Shown here in pieces: positions 1-9,419 of a stretch of 64,000 nt of DNA. The stretch is from positions 6,572 through 70,571 of the forward strand of contig SUVP01000011.1 of the NCBI GenBank assembly GCA_015061945.1, in the 5' to 3' direction. Origin of the DNA: Opitutales bacterium. GTDB taxonomy: Bacteria; Verrucomicrobiota; Verrucomicrobiia; Opitutales; Intestinicryptomonadaceae. The notes beneath the pieces were generated by a model that was given only the letters and a program-made list of their open reading frames with translations, had not been told where the DNA came from and searched no databases. Made by a program: the position numbers and the translations under genes. How positions within the stretch are numbered: position 1 is the first letter of the stretch; each line of letters begins with the position of its first letter.

Positions 1-2324
1 ATATGTTTTCCACGCAAAACCATTGCAGGCTTGCCGTTTGGATAATGTCCCAAGACGATATCGCCTTCTTTTAATTTTGGCGAAAGCATTGGTTTTGTTA
101 TTTTATTTGTACCCCACACCCTATCAAAGCCAAATGATTTTGCTAATTTAGTTGGGAAAATTTGAGCATACATATTGTCGCCAGCATACTCAACTTCAAA
201 GCCAGTGGCTTCTTTGACGTAATCGAGGTTGATGTCGTTTTTATCGGGATCGAGCAAACCAGTGGTCCACATAAATATTGCACCAGTGTTGCGAGTTTTT
301 TCGTACAACGCCTTACGTTGTTTTTTATCGAGAGCACAGCTAACTGTGAAAACTGCAAGCTTTGGCGACATCGGTTTGCCGAAAAGATAATCGTCTAAAA
401 GATAAACTCCGTATGGTGCGGCTAAATCGGTAATATCTGTACGACCTTTAACTGAACACATCATTGTACGCAAGTTCGTTCCTTTTGAACCTCCATAGCA
501 AACAGAACGTTCATCCATAATCAAGGCGACTTCGGGAGCGTATGGAATCGGATTTTTTATCATATCGTTATCCACTTTTTCAAAATCTTTCATAAGTTGC
601 CAGAAGGCAGGGTCGTCGTACCAGCCTATTCCGCCTAAGTCCATATACCAATTTCCGCAATCTCTAATTGCTTCTTGAGCCAAGTCGCGACGAAGGACAT
701 TCAAGGTTGCTTCTTGGGTTCTAAGCTCATTGCCCAGCGGAGTTATTTTTTGTTGAGTTGGAGGGACTCGATAAGTTCTAATATCGTCTTCGACAATCCA
801 AATTTTGCCTGCTCTAATCATCGATTCAGTCGTTCCAGGGTGCATACCGCCATAGCCTAAATCTCGTTTTGTGTAAGAGAGAGGTCCGCACAATAAGTCG
901 ACATCGGGAGAGTTCAAAACTCTTTTTAAGCCGAAGTGACCAGGGTTTGCAGAACCTTTCTGTTCGGTAATTGTCGTGTATCCATAGAACAATGCCGAGA
1001 GTTTGTTGGGAACTTTTCGACGTATAATTTTTGAAAGATGAAGCATTGTATCGACCATTGCATCTTGGCGAAATGCGTTGCAATCAAATAGCCTCATTTG
1101 CGTCTTGGGGTCGATTAAACAGAAAGCTTGTTCTCGTTCTTCAGGGAGTGGGACAGTTGCAGTTGCGAGAGTTGCGGTTGGGTCGTTCCACGATTTTTGG
1201 AGAGCAGAATCTGTCTTATATTTTTCGGTCAACCATTTTCTCCACGACACTTGGGCAGATTGCTCATAACCAATCCAATCTCGATTTCTTGTGTCGGGAT
1301 AAAACCATTCGCAAGAATTTGCTCCACCTGGATGATAGCCGACAATATTTTTAGGATAATTTTTTTCGCAAAAATCGATAATCGCTTCGAGAGCTTTTCC
1401 ACAATCGTTGCGGAATCGTTGCGAGAACGTACTCCCTGCTCCTTTATAAGTTGAAAATAATTCGCCTTTAGTATTTCTAAAAGTATCTTCGGGATATTTC
1501 TTCATCCACCATTCAGGCGGATAACATCTCACACGAACGAGAATTTTAGCATCGGGATTTGCTTGTACGATTTCGTCAAGTGCACCTTTGAGATTTTCGG
1601 TGTTGTACGATTTCCCGTCTTCCACCATAAAATCTGCCGCTTGAATTGGGAATGTAATAAAATCTACATCATAGTCGCCAGCGAGTTTTGTTTGCAAGCC
1701 GACAAACGAGCGTCTTTGTGGCTCAAAAAGTTGGTCGTTTACGCTCGCAAACATTGCGAACATATAATCTTTATCACCGTTTATTTTGATATTGATATGA
1801 TAGATTTTTCCAGCCTCAAAATCTACGCCATCGAAAAATATACGTCCCCCGCCTTTGAGATTTTTCACCGCTAAATAATCTCGACCATTTTCAGACTTAA
1901 ATTCGGTTTGTGCTTTTTTTGTACGCACACGTTTGTCGCCTTTTGTATCGAGAGAATATATCACTTTTTTCGTATCTCGTTCGACAACTTCCAAAGAGTA
2001 TATCTTACAATTAAAATTTCCATGTTTATGGATTTGTATTGATGCGTTTTTTACGGGCTTTTCGAGCTTTGGTATTTCTACAAACGTTTCGACATCCATA
2101 TCGGGAAATGTGAAACGTACAGTCAACGAACCTTGTGGAAAGTAAAGAGGCGAAACATAAAGCATACGAGCCCGGACAGGTTTACCATTGAGAACTATGC
2201 GGGGGATTCCGCCGACATCTTCAACTCTACAAGTCAATTCATCTCCAGATGTAAAAACTGAGAAAAACGCAATAGCCGTGAGTCCTAATACAGAAAATAT
2301 AGATAGGATTGTTTTAATATTCAT
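1..2324 (-). CDS. Secreted GH42-like (clan GH-A) glycoside hydrolase, 3'-truncated by the window edge; paralogue of 42636..45155
   Basis: Absent from the ORF track, consistent with no stop before the window edge. Manual translation from ATG at 2324: MNIKTILSIFSVLGLTAIAFFSVF...GIPRIVLNGKPVRARMLYVSPLYF...DAKILVRVRCYPPEWWMKKYP...VGYHPGGANSCEWF...SWRKWLTEKY...GKIWIVEDDIRT...MDLGGIGWY...GKPAMVLRGKH. It is collinear with the 42636..45155 protein. Confidence 0.85.
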   Translation of the reverse strand, partial: MNIKTILSIFSVLGLTAIAFFSVFTSGDELTCRVEDVGGIPRIVLNGKPVRARMLYVSPLYFPQGSLTVRFTFPDMDVETFVEIPKLEKPVKNASIQIHKHGNFNCKIYSLEVVERDTKKVIYSLDTKGDKRVRTKKAQTEFKSENGRDYLAVKNLKGGGRIFFDGVDFEAGKIYHINIKINGDKDYMFAMFASVNDQLFEPQRRSFVGLQTKLAGDYDVDFITFPIQAADFMVEDGKSYNTENLKGALDEIVQANPDAKILVRVRCYPPEWWMKKYPEDTFRNTKGELFSTYKGAGSTFSQRFRNDCGKALEAIIDFCEKNYPKNIVGYHPGGANSCEWFYPDTRNRDWIGYEQSAQVSWRKWLTEKYKTDSALQKSWNDPTATLATATVPLPEEREQAFCLIDPKTQMRLFDCNAFRQDAMVDTMLHLSKIIRRKVPNKLSALFYGYTTITEQKGSANPGHFGLKRVLNSPDVDLLCGPLSYTKRDLGYGGMHPGTTESMIRAGKIWIVEDDIRTYRVPPTQQKITPLGNELRTQEATLNVLRRDLAQEAIRDCGNWYMDLGGIGWYDDPAFWQLMKDFEKVDNDMIKNPIPYAPEVALIMDERSVCYGGSKGTNLRTMMCSVKGRTDITDLAAPYGVYLLDDYLFGKPMSPKLAVFTVSCALDKKQRKALYEKTRNTGAIFMWTTGLLDPDKNDINLDYVKEATGFEVEYAGDNMYAQIFPTKLAKSFGFDRVWGTNKITKPMLSPKLKEGDIVLGHYPNGKPAMVLRGKH

Positions 2325-2440
2325 ATTGAAAAATTTTAGGTTTTATTTTTTCACGGTCAAGTCAGCAACCTCGATAATTTATTAAACTGTCAACCGATAT
2401 AGGAATCTTCAACTGACGTTAAAAAAGATTAAAAGCAAAA

Positions 2441-2467
2441 AAGCCGACGTTTTGAAAACATCGGCTT
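2441..2467 (-). terminator. Intrinsic terminator of the small basic-protein gene
   Basis: Hairpin aagccga-tgtttt-c-aaaacg-tcggctt followed by a T-rich tract on the minus strand. Confidence 0.7.
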
Positions 2468-2497
2468 GAAAAAAAGACTAAACAGTAGGGTCGCCAA

Positions 2498-2599
2498 TTA
2501 GCACGACCATGTGCGCTTCTTATGACGATTTGCTTTTGAACGCTTTGAGCGTTTGTGTTTATTCATCTTGAGTCTGCGTTTTTTCTTGAGATTCGCCAT
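2498..2599 (-). CDS. 33-aa highly basic peptide, AURKAIP1/COX24 (mS38/bS22-like) family
   Basis: Manual translation [33 protein letters not shown]. The KKRRxKMNKHK pattern is typical of this family. It is below the ORF-track size cut-off and has its own terminator. Confidence 0.8.
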   Translation of the reverse strand: MANLKKKRRLKMNKHKRSKRSKANRHKKRTWSC

Positions 2600-2790
2600 T
2601 TTTATTTACCTTTACTGTTTTTGTATAAATTTTTGATTTTTTAAAGTCTCAATATGCTCTCTATTTTTTGCATTTTGTAAAGCTTTTTTTTACAAAATAA
2701 AAATTTTAATAAAAAATTATGTTTACCTGTGCTAATCTTTTTGGTACTTTTATTTGCATTATCACGAACATAACATACTAATTATATATT

Positions 2791-4488
2791 ATGAAACTCA
2801 AAAAAATTATTGGTTTAGCATTGATTGCGATTACATCACTTTTAATCGTCGCATGTGCATCAGTAAACAAAACAGGCAACGTGTATGAAGCCGACATCAT
2901 CGTGTATGGTGGAACTTCAGGTGCGGTAACAAGTGCGATTCAATCGGCTCGCGAAGGAAAATCGGTTATATTAGTATCGCCCGACAAACACTTGGGTGCA
3001 ATGAGCAGTGCTGGGTTAACATTCACAGACTCTGGCAGAGCTTACACTATCGGCGGTATTTCAAGAGAATTTTATCGTCGTATATACGAAGAATACCAAA
3101 ACCCAAAAGCATGGAATTGGTTGAAGCTTGAAGACGACAATTTGAAAGGTCAAAATGTAAAAGCAATCAAGCACGATGACAAAACTATGTGGATTTTTGA
3201 ACCGAAAGTCGCAGAACGTGTTTTCGACAACTGGATTGCTGAAGAAAAAAATATCACACTTTTTAGAGAGAAACTGCTCGATAGAGAAAGTGGTGTCAAA
3301 AAGGATGGGACAAAAATCGTATCAATCCGTACACTCGACGGCGATGTTTTCAAAGGTAAAATGTTTATCGACGCAACCTTTGAAGGCGATTTGATGGCAG
3401 CTTCGGGTTGCTCGTATCACGTCGGGCGTGAAGCAAATTCGGTTTATAATGAAAATTGGAACGGAGCCCAACCAGGAGTTCTCCACCACGACCACTATTT
3501 CTATAAAGATACAGATCCATATAAAATCAAGGGCGATAAATCGAGTGGCTTGATGAAATATATCAGCGACAAACACCCTGGCGAAAAAGGTCAAGGCGAT
3601 GAAAAAGTACAAGCATATTGCTTCCGTTTGTGTATGTCTATCGTCCCTGAAAATATGCGTCCTTTCCCAAAACCAGATAACTACAATGCCGACGACTACC
3701 TTCTCGTTCTTCGCACTTGGGATATGGAAAAACGTCGCGACACAATGAAACCTGATAGAATCCCGAACGGTAAGACCGACACAAATAATAAATCGGCATT
3801 CGGTTTTGACTTTATCGGACAAAACTATGCCTACCCTGACGCATCATACGAAGAACGTGCAAAAATCATCAAAGCACACAAAGATTATCAACAAGGCTTA
3901 CTCTACTTTATTATGAACGACCCTCGTGTTGATCCAGATTTGCGTTCATTCTACGCTCCGTACGGCTTGGCAAAAGACGAATTTGTCGATAACGACAACT
4001 GGCCATACAATCTCTATATTAGAGAAGCTCGCCGTATGATTGGCGAATACGTTATGACCGAACACGATTGCCGATGCACAAAAGAAACACCAAAATCAAT
4101 TGGTATGGGGTCATACACACTCGACTCGCACAACTGCCAACGATACATCACTCCACAAGGTTTTGTACAGAACGAAGGCGATATCGGTGTTCACCTCAAA
4201 AAACCTTACAAGATTTCATACGGTGCATTGACCCCAAAACGCAACGAAGTATCTAACTTGCTCGTTCCAGTTGCATGCTCGGCTTCGCACATTGCGTATG
4301 GCTCAATCAGAATGGAACCTGTATTTATGCTCTTGGGACACTCTTCTGCAACAGCTGCAACAATGGCGATTGACGCAAACTGTGCTGTTCAAGATGTCAA
4401 TTATCCAAAGCTCCGTGAAAAACTCTTGCAAGATAATCAAATTCTTGAATGGAATAAGCCTGTTCCAAGCAAGAAGAAACGCAAGTAA
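2791..4488 (+). CDS. FAD-dependent oxidoreductase (FAD_oxidored / PF12831-like), predicted lipoprotein
   Basis: Lipobox LIVAC, Rossmann motif DIIVYGGTSGAV, FIDATFEGDLMA, YIREARRMIG, SIRMEPVFM. Confidence 0.85.
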   Translation: MKLKKIIGLALIAITSLLIVACASVNKTGNVYEADIIVYGGTSGAVTSAIQSAREGKSVILVSPDKHLGAMSSAGLTFTDSGRAYTIGGISREFYRRIYEEYQNPKAWNWLKLEDDNLKGQNVKAIKHDDKTMWIFEPKVAERVFDNWIAEEKNITLFREKLLDRESGVKKDGTKIVSIRTLDGDVFKGKMFIDATFEGDLMAASGCSYHVGREANSVYNENWNGAQPGVLHHDHYFYKDTDPYKIKGDKSSGLMKYISDKHPGEKGQGDEKVQAYCFRLCMSIVPENMRPFPKPDNYNADDYLLVLRTWDMEKRRDTMKPDRIPNGKTDTNNKSAFGFDFIGQNYAYPDASYEERAKIIKAHKDYQQGLLYFIMNDPRVDPDLRSFYAPYGLAKDEFVDNDNWPYNLYIREARRMIGEYVMTEHDCRCTKETPKSIGMGSYTLDSHNCQRYITPQGFVQNEGDIGVHLKKPYKISYGALTPKRNEVSNLLVPVACSASHIAYGSIRMEPVFMLLGHSSATAATMAIDANCAVQDVNYPKLREKLLQDNQILEWNKPVPSKKKRK

Positions 4489-4505
4489 TACAATCTATTT
4501 CTCGG

Positions 4506-4535
4506 AAAAACGCGGACAAATGTTCGCGTTTTTTT
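4506..4535 (+). terminator. Intrinsic terminator
   Basis: aaaaacgcg-gacaaatgtt-cgcgttttttt directly after the oxidoreductase stop. Confidence 0.7.
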
Positions 4536-4582
4536 ATTTCAATCTTGCAAAAAATTTTTCTTTAATTAGCTTTTCGGAGATT

Positions 4583-7039
4583 ATGAAGAAAATCAACACA
4601 CTAATTTTAATGATATTATCAACTGGCGTTTTATTTGCAGAATCGCCACGCAAAGTAGAAACACTCGAAACTGGCTGGAAATTCTACAATGCCGACGAAA
4701 CAACAGCTCAAAATATTACTTTTGACGACTCAAAATGGGAATCAGTAAGAGTACCACACGACTGGGCAATCGGTAAAAATTTTGATATGAACATTGATTT
4801 CCAAATGGTACAAGTTTGGCAAGATGGAGATCGAAAAAAAACTATCCGTACTGGCAGAACAGGAGCGTTGCCATGCTTCGGAATTGGGTGGTACAGAATA
4901 CAGCTCGATATTCCTGCTGAAATGAAAGGCAAAAAAGTATTTGTCGAATTTGATGGTGCAATGAGCAACGCAAAAGTTTTTTTCAATGGCGAGTACGCTG
5001 GCGAATGGCCATTTGGTTATGCTTCGTTTGAAGTAGATGTAAGCAAGTTTGTAAAGTTTGGCGAAAAAAATGTAATGGCTGTTCGTATCGATAACAAGCC
5101 ACTTTCATCGCGTTGGTACTCTGGCGCGGGACTTTATCGCAATGTGCATTTGACTTACAAAAACCCTCTGCATATTGTCCGCAATGGGATTTATATCACA
5201 ACTCCGAACATCGCAAAAAACAAAGCATCGGTTGCAGTAAAAGCAACACTTTCGCACCCAGAACAAGCTTCAAAAATTGCGTATAAAATCATTTCGCCCG
5301 ATAACAAAATTGTCGCATCGGCTGAAAATACAGACGTTTCAAAAGAAATTTTTATCGATGTGGAAAATCCACAACTTTGGGGAATTAAATCGCCTAACCT
5401 CTATAAGCTCGACGCAACTGTTTTCGATAAAAATGGCAATAAAATCGACAACACACAAGTTCGCTTCGGCATTCGCTCGATTAAGTTCAGCCGTAAAAAT
5501 GGATTTGTTCTCAACGAAAAGAAAACAATAATAAATGGGGTCTGTATGCATCACGACATGGGACCAATTGGTGCTGCAACAAATGTACGTGCATTGCGTC
5601 GACAGCTTGAAATCCTCAAAGAAATGGGATGCAACGCAATCAGAACATCGCACAATCCGCCTTCGCCTGAATTGCTAAACCTTTGCGACGAAATGGGCTT
5701 CTTGGTACAGCTTGAAATTCTCGATGAATGGCAAATTGCAAAGATGGAAAACGGTTACAACAAACTTTGGGATAAATGGGTAGAAAAAGATATTAAATCT
5801 GCAGTTCACCGAGACCGCAATCACCCATCTATCATTATGTGGAGTATCGGTAATGAAATTGAAGAACAAAAAGTAAAAACCGGCAAAGAAACCGCAAGAT
5901 TTCTTGTTGATATTATCCATAGAGAAGATCCAACTCGCCCTGCAACAGCAGGTCTTAACTCTTTGAAAAAATGTTTTAAGTTAAGCAAAATCCCATATGA
6001 GCTTGATCTTTCCGGCATTAACTATGGTATAAGTGTATACTCGACCCTCGCAAAAGAAAATCCAAAAATGATTTTCTACGGAAGCGAAACAGCATCGACT
6101 GTAAGCTCTCGTGGAGTCTACCACTTCCCTGTTGAACGCAACAAAAATCCGTTCAACGAAGATTATCACGTTTCGGCTTATGACTTGGATACTCCACCTT
6201 GGGGACAAACGCCTGATGAAGAGTTTATGGCACTCGATGATAATCCAGAATACTTTGGAGAGTTCGTCTGGACTGGCTTTGATTACCTTGGCGAGCCGAC
6301 ACCATACAACCCTGGGACGCCGTCAAAAAGCTCGTACTTTGGTATTGTCGACCTTGCTGGACTCAAGAAAGATAGATTTTATTCATACCAAGCACGCTGG
6401 AATAATGATGTAAAAGTTTTACACGTTTTCCCACACTGGAATTGGGAAGAAGATAGACTCGGCAGAAACGTTCCTATCCACTGCTACACAAATTACGATA
6501 AAGTAGAGTTGTTTGTAAACGGCAAAAGTATGGGCGTAAAGACGAAAATAGCAAAGTCGGAAAACCCACTCGAACGCAATCGTATAATGTGGAATGATGT
6601 CGTATACCAACCTGGTGAACTCAAAGTTGTAGCATACGACAAGGACGGCAAAAAAGCTGAAGAAAAAATAATCAAAACTGCAGGCGAAGCGTTCACTACA
6701 AAAATCACGCCCGACCGCACCGATATTATCGCATGCCCAAAAGATTTGGTATTTTTGGAAATTGATGTCGTCGATAAAGACGGAAACCTTTGCCCGCGTG
6801 CATCGAGATTTATGTTCGTAAAAGTCAAAGGTGCTGGAAAACTCCGTGCGTTGTGCAATGGCGACCCGACCGACCACACGCCATTTTCGGCAGACTATAT
6901 GAAATCGTTCAGCGGTAAGCTCGTTGCGACAATCGAGCCAAGCGACGAAGCCGGAGAAATTCAAGTCGACGTTTACGGGATGAAGCTAAAATCAAACACA
7001 ATAAAACTTAAAACAAGAAAACCTATTTCGATAAAATAA
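4583..7039 (+). CDS. Secreted GH2 beta-galactosidase-like glycoside hydrolase
   Basis: Start reassigned to MKKINTLILM (ggag 5 nt upstream, signal peptide). Motifs VPHDW, FDGAMS, GVCMHHDMG, NAIRTSHNPP, WSIGNEIE (acid/base), YGSETAS (nucleophile), WTGFDYLGEPTP. Confidence 0.92.
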   Translation: MKKINTLILMILSTGVLFAESPRKVETLETGWKFYNADETTAQNITFDDSKWESVRVPHDWAIGKNFDMNIDFQMVQVWQDGDRKKTIRTGRTGALPCFGIGWYRIQLDIPAEMKGKKVFVEFDGAMSNAKVFFNGEYAGEWPFGYASFEVDVSKFVKFGEKNVMAVRIDNKPLSSRWYSGAGLYRNVHLTYKNPLHIVRNGIYITTPNIAKNKASVAVKATLSHPEQASKIAYKIISPDNKIVASAENTDVSKEIFIDVENPQLWGIKSPNLYKLDATVFDKNGNKIDNTQVRFGIRSIKFSRKNGFVLNEKKTIINGVCMHHDMGPIGAATNVRALRRQLEILKEMGCNAIRTSHNPPSPELLNLCDEMGFLVQLEILDEWQIAKMENGYNKLWDKWVEKDIKSAVHRDRNHPSIIMWSIGNEIEEQKVKTGKETARFLVDIIHREDPTRPATAGLNSLKKCFKLSKIPYELDLSGINYGISVYSTLAKENPKMIFYGSETASTVSSRGVYHFPVERNKNPFNEDYHVSAYDLDTPPWGQTPDEEFMALDDNPEYFGEFVWTGFDYLGEPTPYNPGTPSKSSYFGIVDLAGLKKDRFYSYQARWNNDVKVLHVFPHWNWEEDRLGRNVPIHCYTNYDKVELFVNGKSMGVKTKIAKSENPLERNRIMWNDVVYQPGELKVVAYDKDGKKAEEKIIKTAGEAFTTKITPDRTDIIACPKDLVFLEIDVVDKDGNLCPRASRFMFVKVKGAGKLRALCNGDPTDHTPFSADYMKSFSGKLVATIEPSDEAGEIQVDVYGMKLKSNTIKLKTRKPISIK

Positions 7040-7041
7040 AC

Positions 7042-7074
7042 AAAAACGGGAGCAACTAATTGCTCCCGTTTTTT
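7042..7074 (+). terminator. Intrinsic terminator
   Basis: aaaaacgggagcaa-loop-ttgctcccgtttttt. Confidence 0.85.
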
Positions 7075-7122
7075 ATTTGAAAACATCTCTTTTTCGCTAA
7101 TACTGATTCCTAAAAGTTTTCA

Positions 7123-8466
7123 ATGCCAATAAATAAAATAAAAAATTTAACATCCGAAAAACTTGTCAATATGTTGCAACAAGGCACTGCCGATATTGCC
7201 GAATTTGACAAGTACAATTTTTGGAAATTTATCCATAGAAACGATTGGAAAAAAGTTCTACCAGAATTCCCTCAATACGCCGATAAATACGAAAAAGGTT
7301 TTACTTTAGGTGTCGTCTGGTGGGATAAACTGCTGGCTATACAACCTAAACTTTTGGAAGGTGCAAAAAAATATAAAGTCGGGTGGTCGGCAATAATAAT
7401 GCACTACCCTGAATTAGAAGAAGAATGTCCATATTGGGATGAATTTACTCCGCACGAATGGAGTATGATTATTTCTGCACAACCACAATATTTTTATAAG
7501 TGCCCTTGTACCGATAAATTCACTCCAAAGAACTGGGCTGTGATATTATCAAAACAACCACAATTCAGAAATAAATGTATAGAATATTTCATGGATACCA
7601 ACTGGCAAAAAAAGGTTGAATCACTTTTAAAACCTACCCCCCAAAAATCATACTCATCTTATATCATAGAACAAATCGAAAATCCTAAAACAGATTTAGA
7701 CTCTTTCGACTGGGAAAAAATAAATTCGGAAAAGTGGATAGACATACTAAAAGAATGTCCACAATTTGCCAACAGATTTCACGGCTGGGACAAAATCGCA
7801 ATGACAGATTGGTATAAGTTAATTAAGGCTCAACCACAATTTATTGAATCAGCACTAAAATATACTACTGGACGTTCCGCAATTTTGAAAATATCTCCAA
7901 ATATTCTGCCAGATTTTAATGATTGGGAAAATATACCTCCGCAAGATTGGAGGGGGATTTTACTAAAACAACCTCAATTAATAGAACATTGCAATAACAC
8001 AAATGCGTTGCGTACAAAAGATTGGCTTCATATATTAAAAATATATCCGCAGAGCGAAACTATATTTCACTACTGGCAAATCTTTGATTCGTCCGATTTT
8101 AGAGAACTTATAAAATATCAACCACAATTTTGGATATATAGTCCAACTCACGCTGTCGCAAAAATTATTGATGACACTAACAACTCAAGCGAATGTAAAT
8201 GTTGGTCTTGGTTTAAAAATTTAAACTGGGTTGAGCTGTTATCTGAAAAACCAGAATTTGCAGATAAGCTTAAGAACTGGAGCTTCTCATCTAAGCACTG
8301 GTTATCTCTCTTGCTAAAACAACCTCAACTTGCAAATAAATGTTCAGATTCTATTTATGATACTTTTTCTCTCGAGAATTGGAACGAGCTTGAAAGAGTT
8401 AACCCGAACGTTTTTGAAAGACAACATATGCTTTCAACGTTGCGTAAAATTTCTCGTGATGACTAA
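7123..8466 (+). CDS. Hypothetical Trp-rich tandem-repeat protein (about 13-14 W-xx-LL-xx-QPQ repeats)
   Basis: 447-aa ORF with no signal peptide and visibly AT-rich sequence. Repeats include DWKKVLPEFPQY, EWSMIISAQPQY, NWAVILSKQPQF, DWYKLIKAQPQF, DWRGILLKQPQL, HWLSLLLKQPQL. Confidence 0.8.
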   Translation: MPINKIKNLTSEKLVNMLQQGTADIAEFDKYNFWKFIHRNDWKKVLPEFPQYADKYEKGFTLGVVWWDKLLAIQPKLLEGAKKYKVGWSAIIMHYPELEEECPYWDEFTPHEWSMIISAQPQYFYKCPCTDKFTPKNWAVILSKQPQFRNKCIEYFMDTNWQKKVESLLKPTPQKSYSSYIIEQIENPKTDLDSFDWEKINSEKWIDILKECPQFANRFHGWDKIAMTDWYKLIKAQPQFIESALKYTTGRSAILKISPNILPDFNDWENIPPQDWRGILLKQPQLIEHCNNTNALRTKDWLHILKIYPQSETIFHYWQIFDSSDFRELIKYQPQFWIYSPTHAVAKIIDDTNNSSECKCWSWFKNLNWVELLSEKPEFADKLKNWSFSSKHWLSLLLKQPQLANKCSDSIYDTFSLENWNELERVNPNVFERQHMLSTLRKISRDD

Positions 8467-9416
8467 ATTTTCATATTTGAACGTGGATGCTTTTGGGCGT
8501 GTTGTGTACGGATTTCTTCGTTGAGAAGTGTCGTGTAAATTTGTGTTGTAGCAAGGTCGCTATGCCCCAACATCTCACGTATCGACATTAAATTTGCTCC
8601 GTTTTGCAAAAGGTGTGTCGCAAATGAATGTCGCAAAATATGCGGTTTTACATTCTTTTGAATGCCCACTGCAAGTGCGTATTTTTTGATATTATACCAA
8701 AAAGTTTTGCGTGACATTTTTGCACCACGTCGAGTTATAAAAAGCTCGCTGACGATGCGTTTGCCGAGCATTTCTTGTCTCGCAACTTTGTATGCTTTTA
8801 TTGCTTGAATTGCATAATCGCCAACCGGCACAAGGCGAGTTTTTGAGCCTTTACCTCGCACACGCATTATACTTTCTGTAAAATCAATATCGCTTTCCGA
8901 CAGCGAACAAATCTCTGACACACGCAAACCACTACTATACATAAGCTCGAGCATCGCATAATCACGCAAGCCTTCGGCGGTATCTTTTTGCGGTGCTTCG
9001 AGCAACTGTGCCACCTCATTTGCCGTTAAAACTTCAGGCACATTGCGACGATATTTAGGACGTGCAACTATATCGCAATAATTTTTCGACCACACTTTTT
9101 CATCGACAAGATACCCTGCAAGAGATTTCATTGCACTCAATTTGCGAGACTGCGTTGTCGCCTTTGTTATCTTCGAGATTGAGCCAATCCACTCAACAAG
9201 TAAATCGGCATCGACACTTTCAAATGTCGATATTTTCTTTGATGCCAAGAACTCTGCGAACTGCCAAACGTCAGACAAATATGAGGCGACAGTATTTTTA
9301 CTTCGCCCCAATTCCATTTTCAAAAAACCTTCAAATTCAAAAATCGTATTTTTCAAAGCGAGTGGTAATCCACTGCTTTCATCGGATATTTTTGAAGTTT
9401 TTGAAGAAGTTGACAT
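8463..9416 (-). CDS. xerD: Tyrosine recombinase XerD
   Basis: LELMYSSGLRVSE (catalytic R), VRGKGSKTRLVP, KPHILRHSFATHLLQNGANL, LGHSDLATTQIY (catalytic Y), N-terminal SAM-like domain. XerD versus XerC is assigned by resemblance only. Confidence 0.85.
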   Translation of the reverse strand: MSTSSKTSKISDESSGLPLALKNTIFEFEGFLKMELGRSKNTVASYLSDVWQFAEFLASKKISTFESVDADLLVEWIGSISKITKATTQSRKLSAMKSLAGYLVDEKVWSKNYCDIVARPKYRRNVPEVLTANEVAQLLEAPQKDTAEGLRDYAMLELMYSSGLRVSEICSLSESDIDFTESIMRVRGKGSKTRLVPVGDYAIQAIKAYKVARQEMLGKRIVSELFITRRGAKMSRKTFWYNIKKYALAVGIQKNVKPHILRHSFATHLLQNGANLMSIREMLGHSDLATTQIYTTLLNEEIRTQHAQKHPRSNMKI

Positions 9417-9419
9417 CTA

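Noticed and set aside
143-2385. Cluster of short ORFs listed in the track over 1-2.4 kb
   Set aside because: They are shadows of the long minus-strand GH42-like frame (1..2324) and have no recognisable motifs
2345-2410. Possible structured leader or riboswitch upstream of the GH42-like gene (gtcag...ctgac)
   Set aside because: Only short complementarities are present and no recognisable aptamer motif
2700-2730. Possible dif site (ttatgttta resembles the XerD arm TTATGTTAAAT)
   Set aside because: The match is partial, there is no XerC arm, and it lies in an AT-rich promoter region
4271-4582. 104-aa N-terminal extension of the GH2 ORF
   Set aside because: It overlaps the upstream gene and crosses a terminator; a signal peptide and RBS fit the start at 4583
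8463-9416. Tyrosine recombinase as a phage/ICE integrase or shufflon invertase
   Set aside because: It has the typical XerD length and motifs and lies in a housekeeping operon; I saw no att sites, inverted repeats or mobile genes nearby
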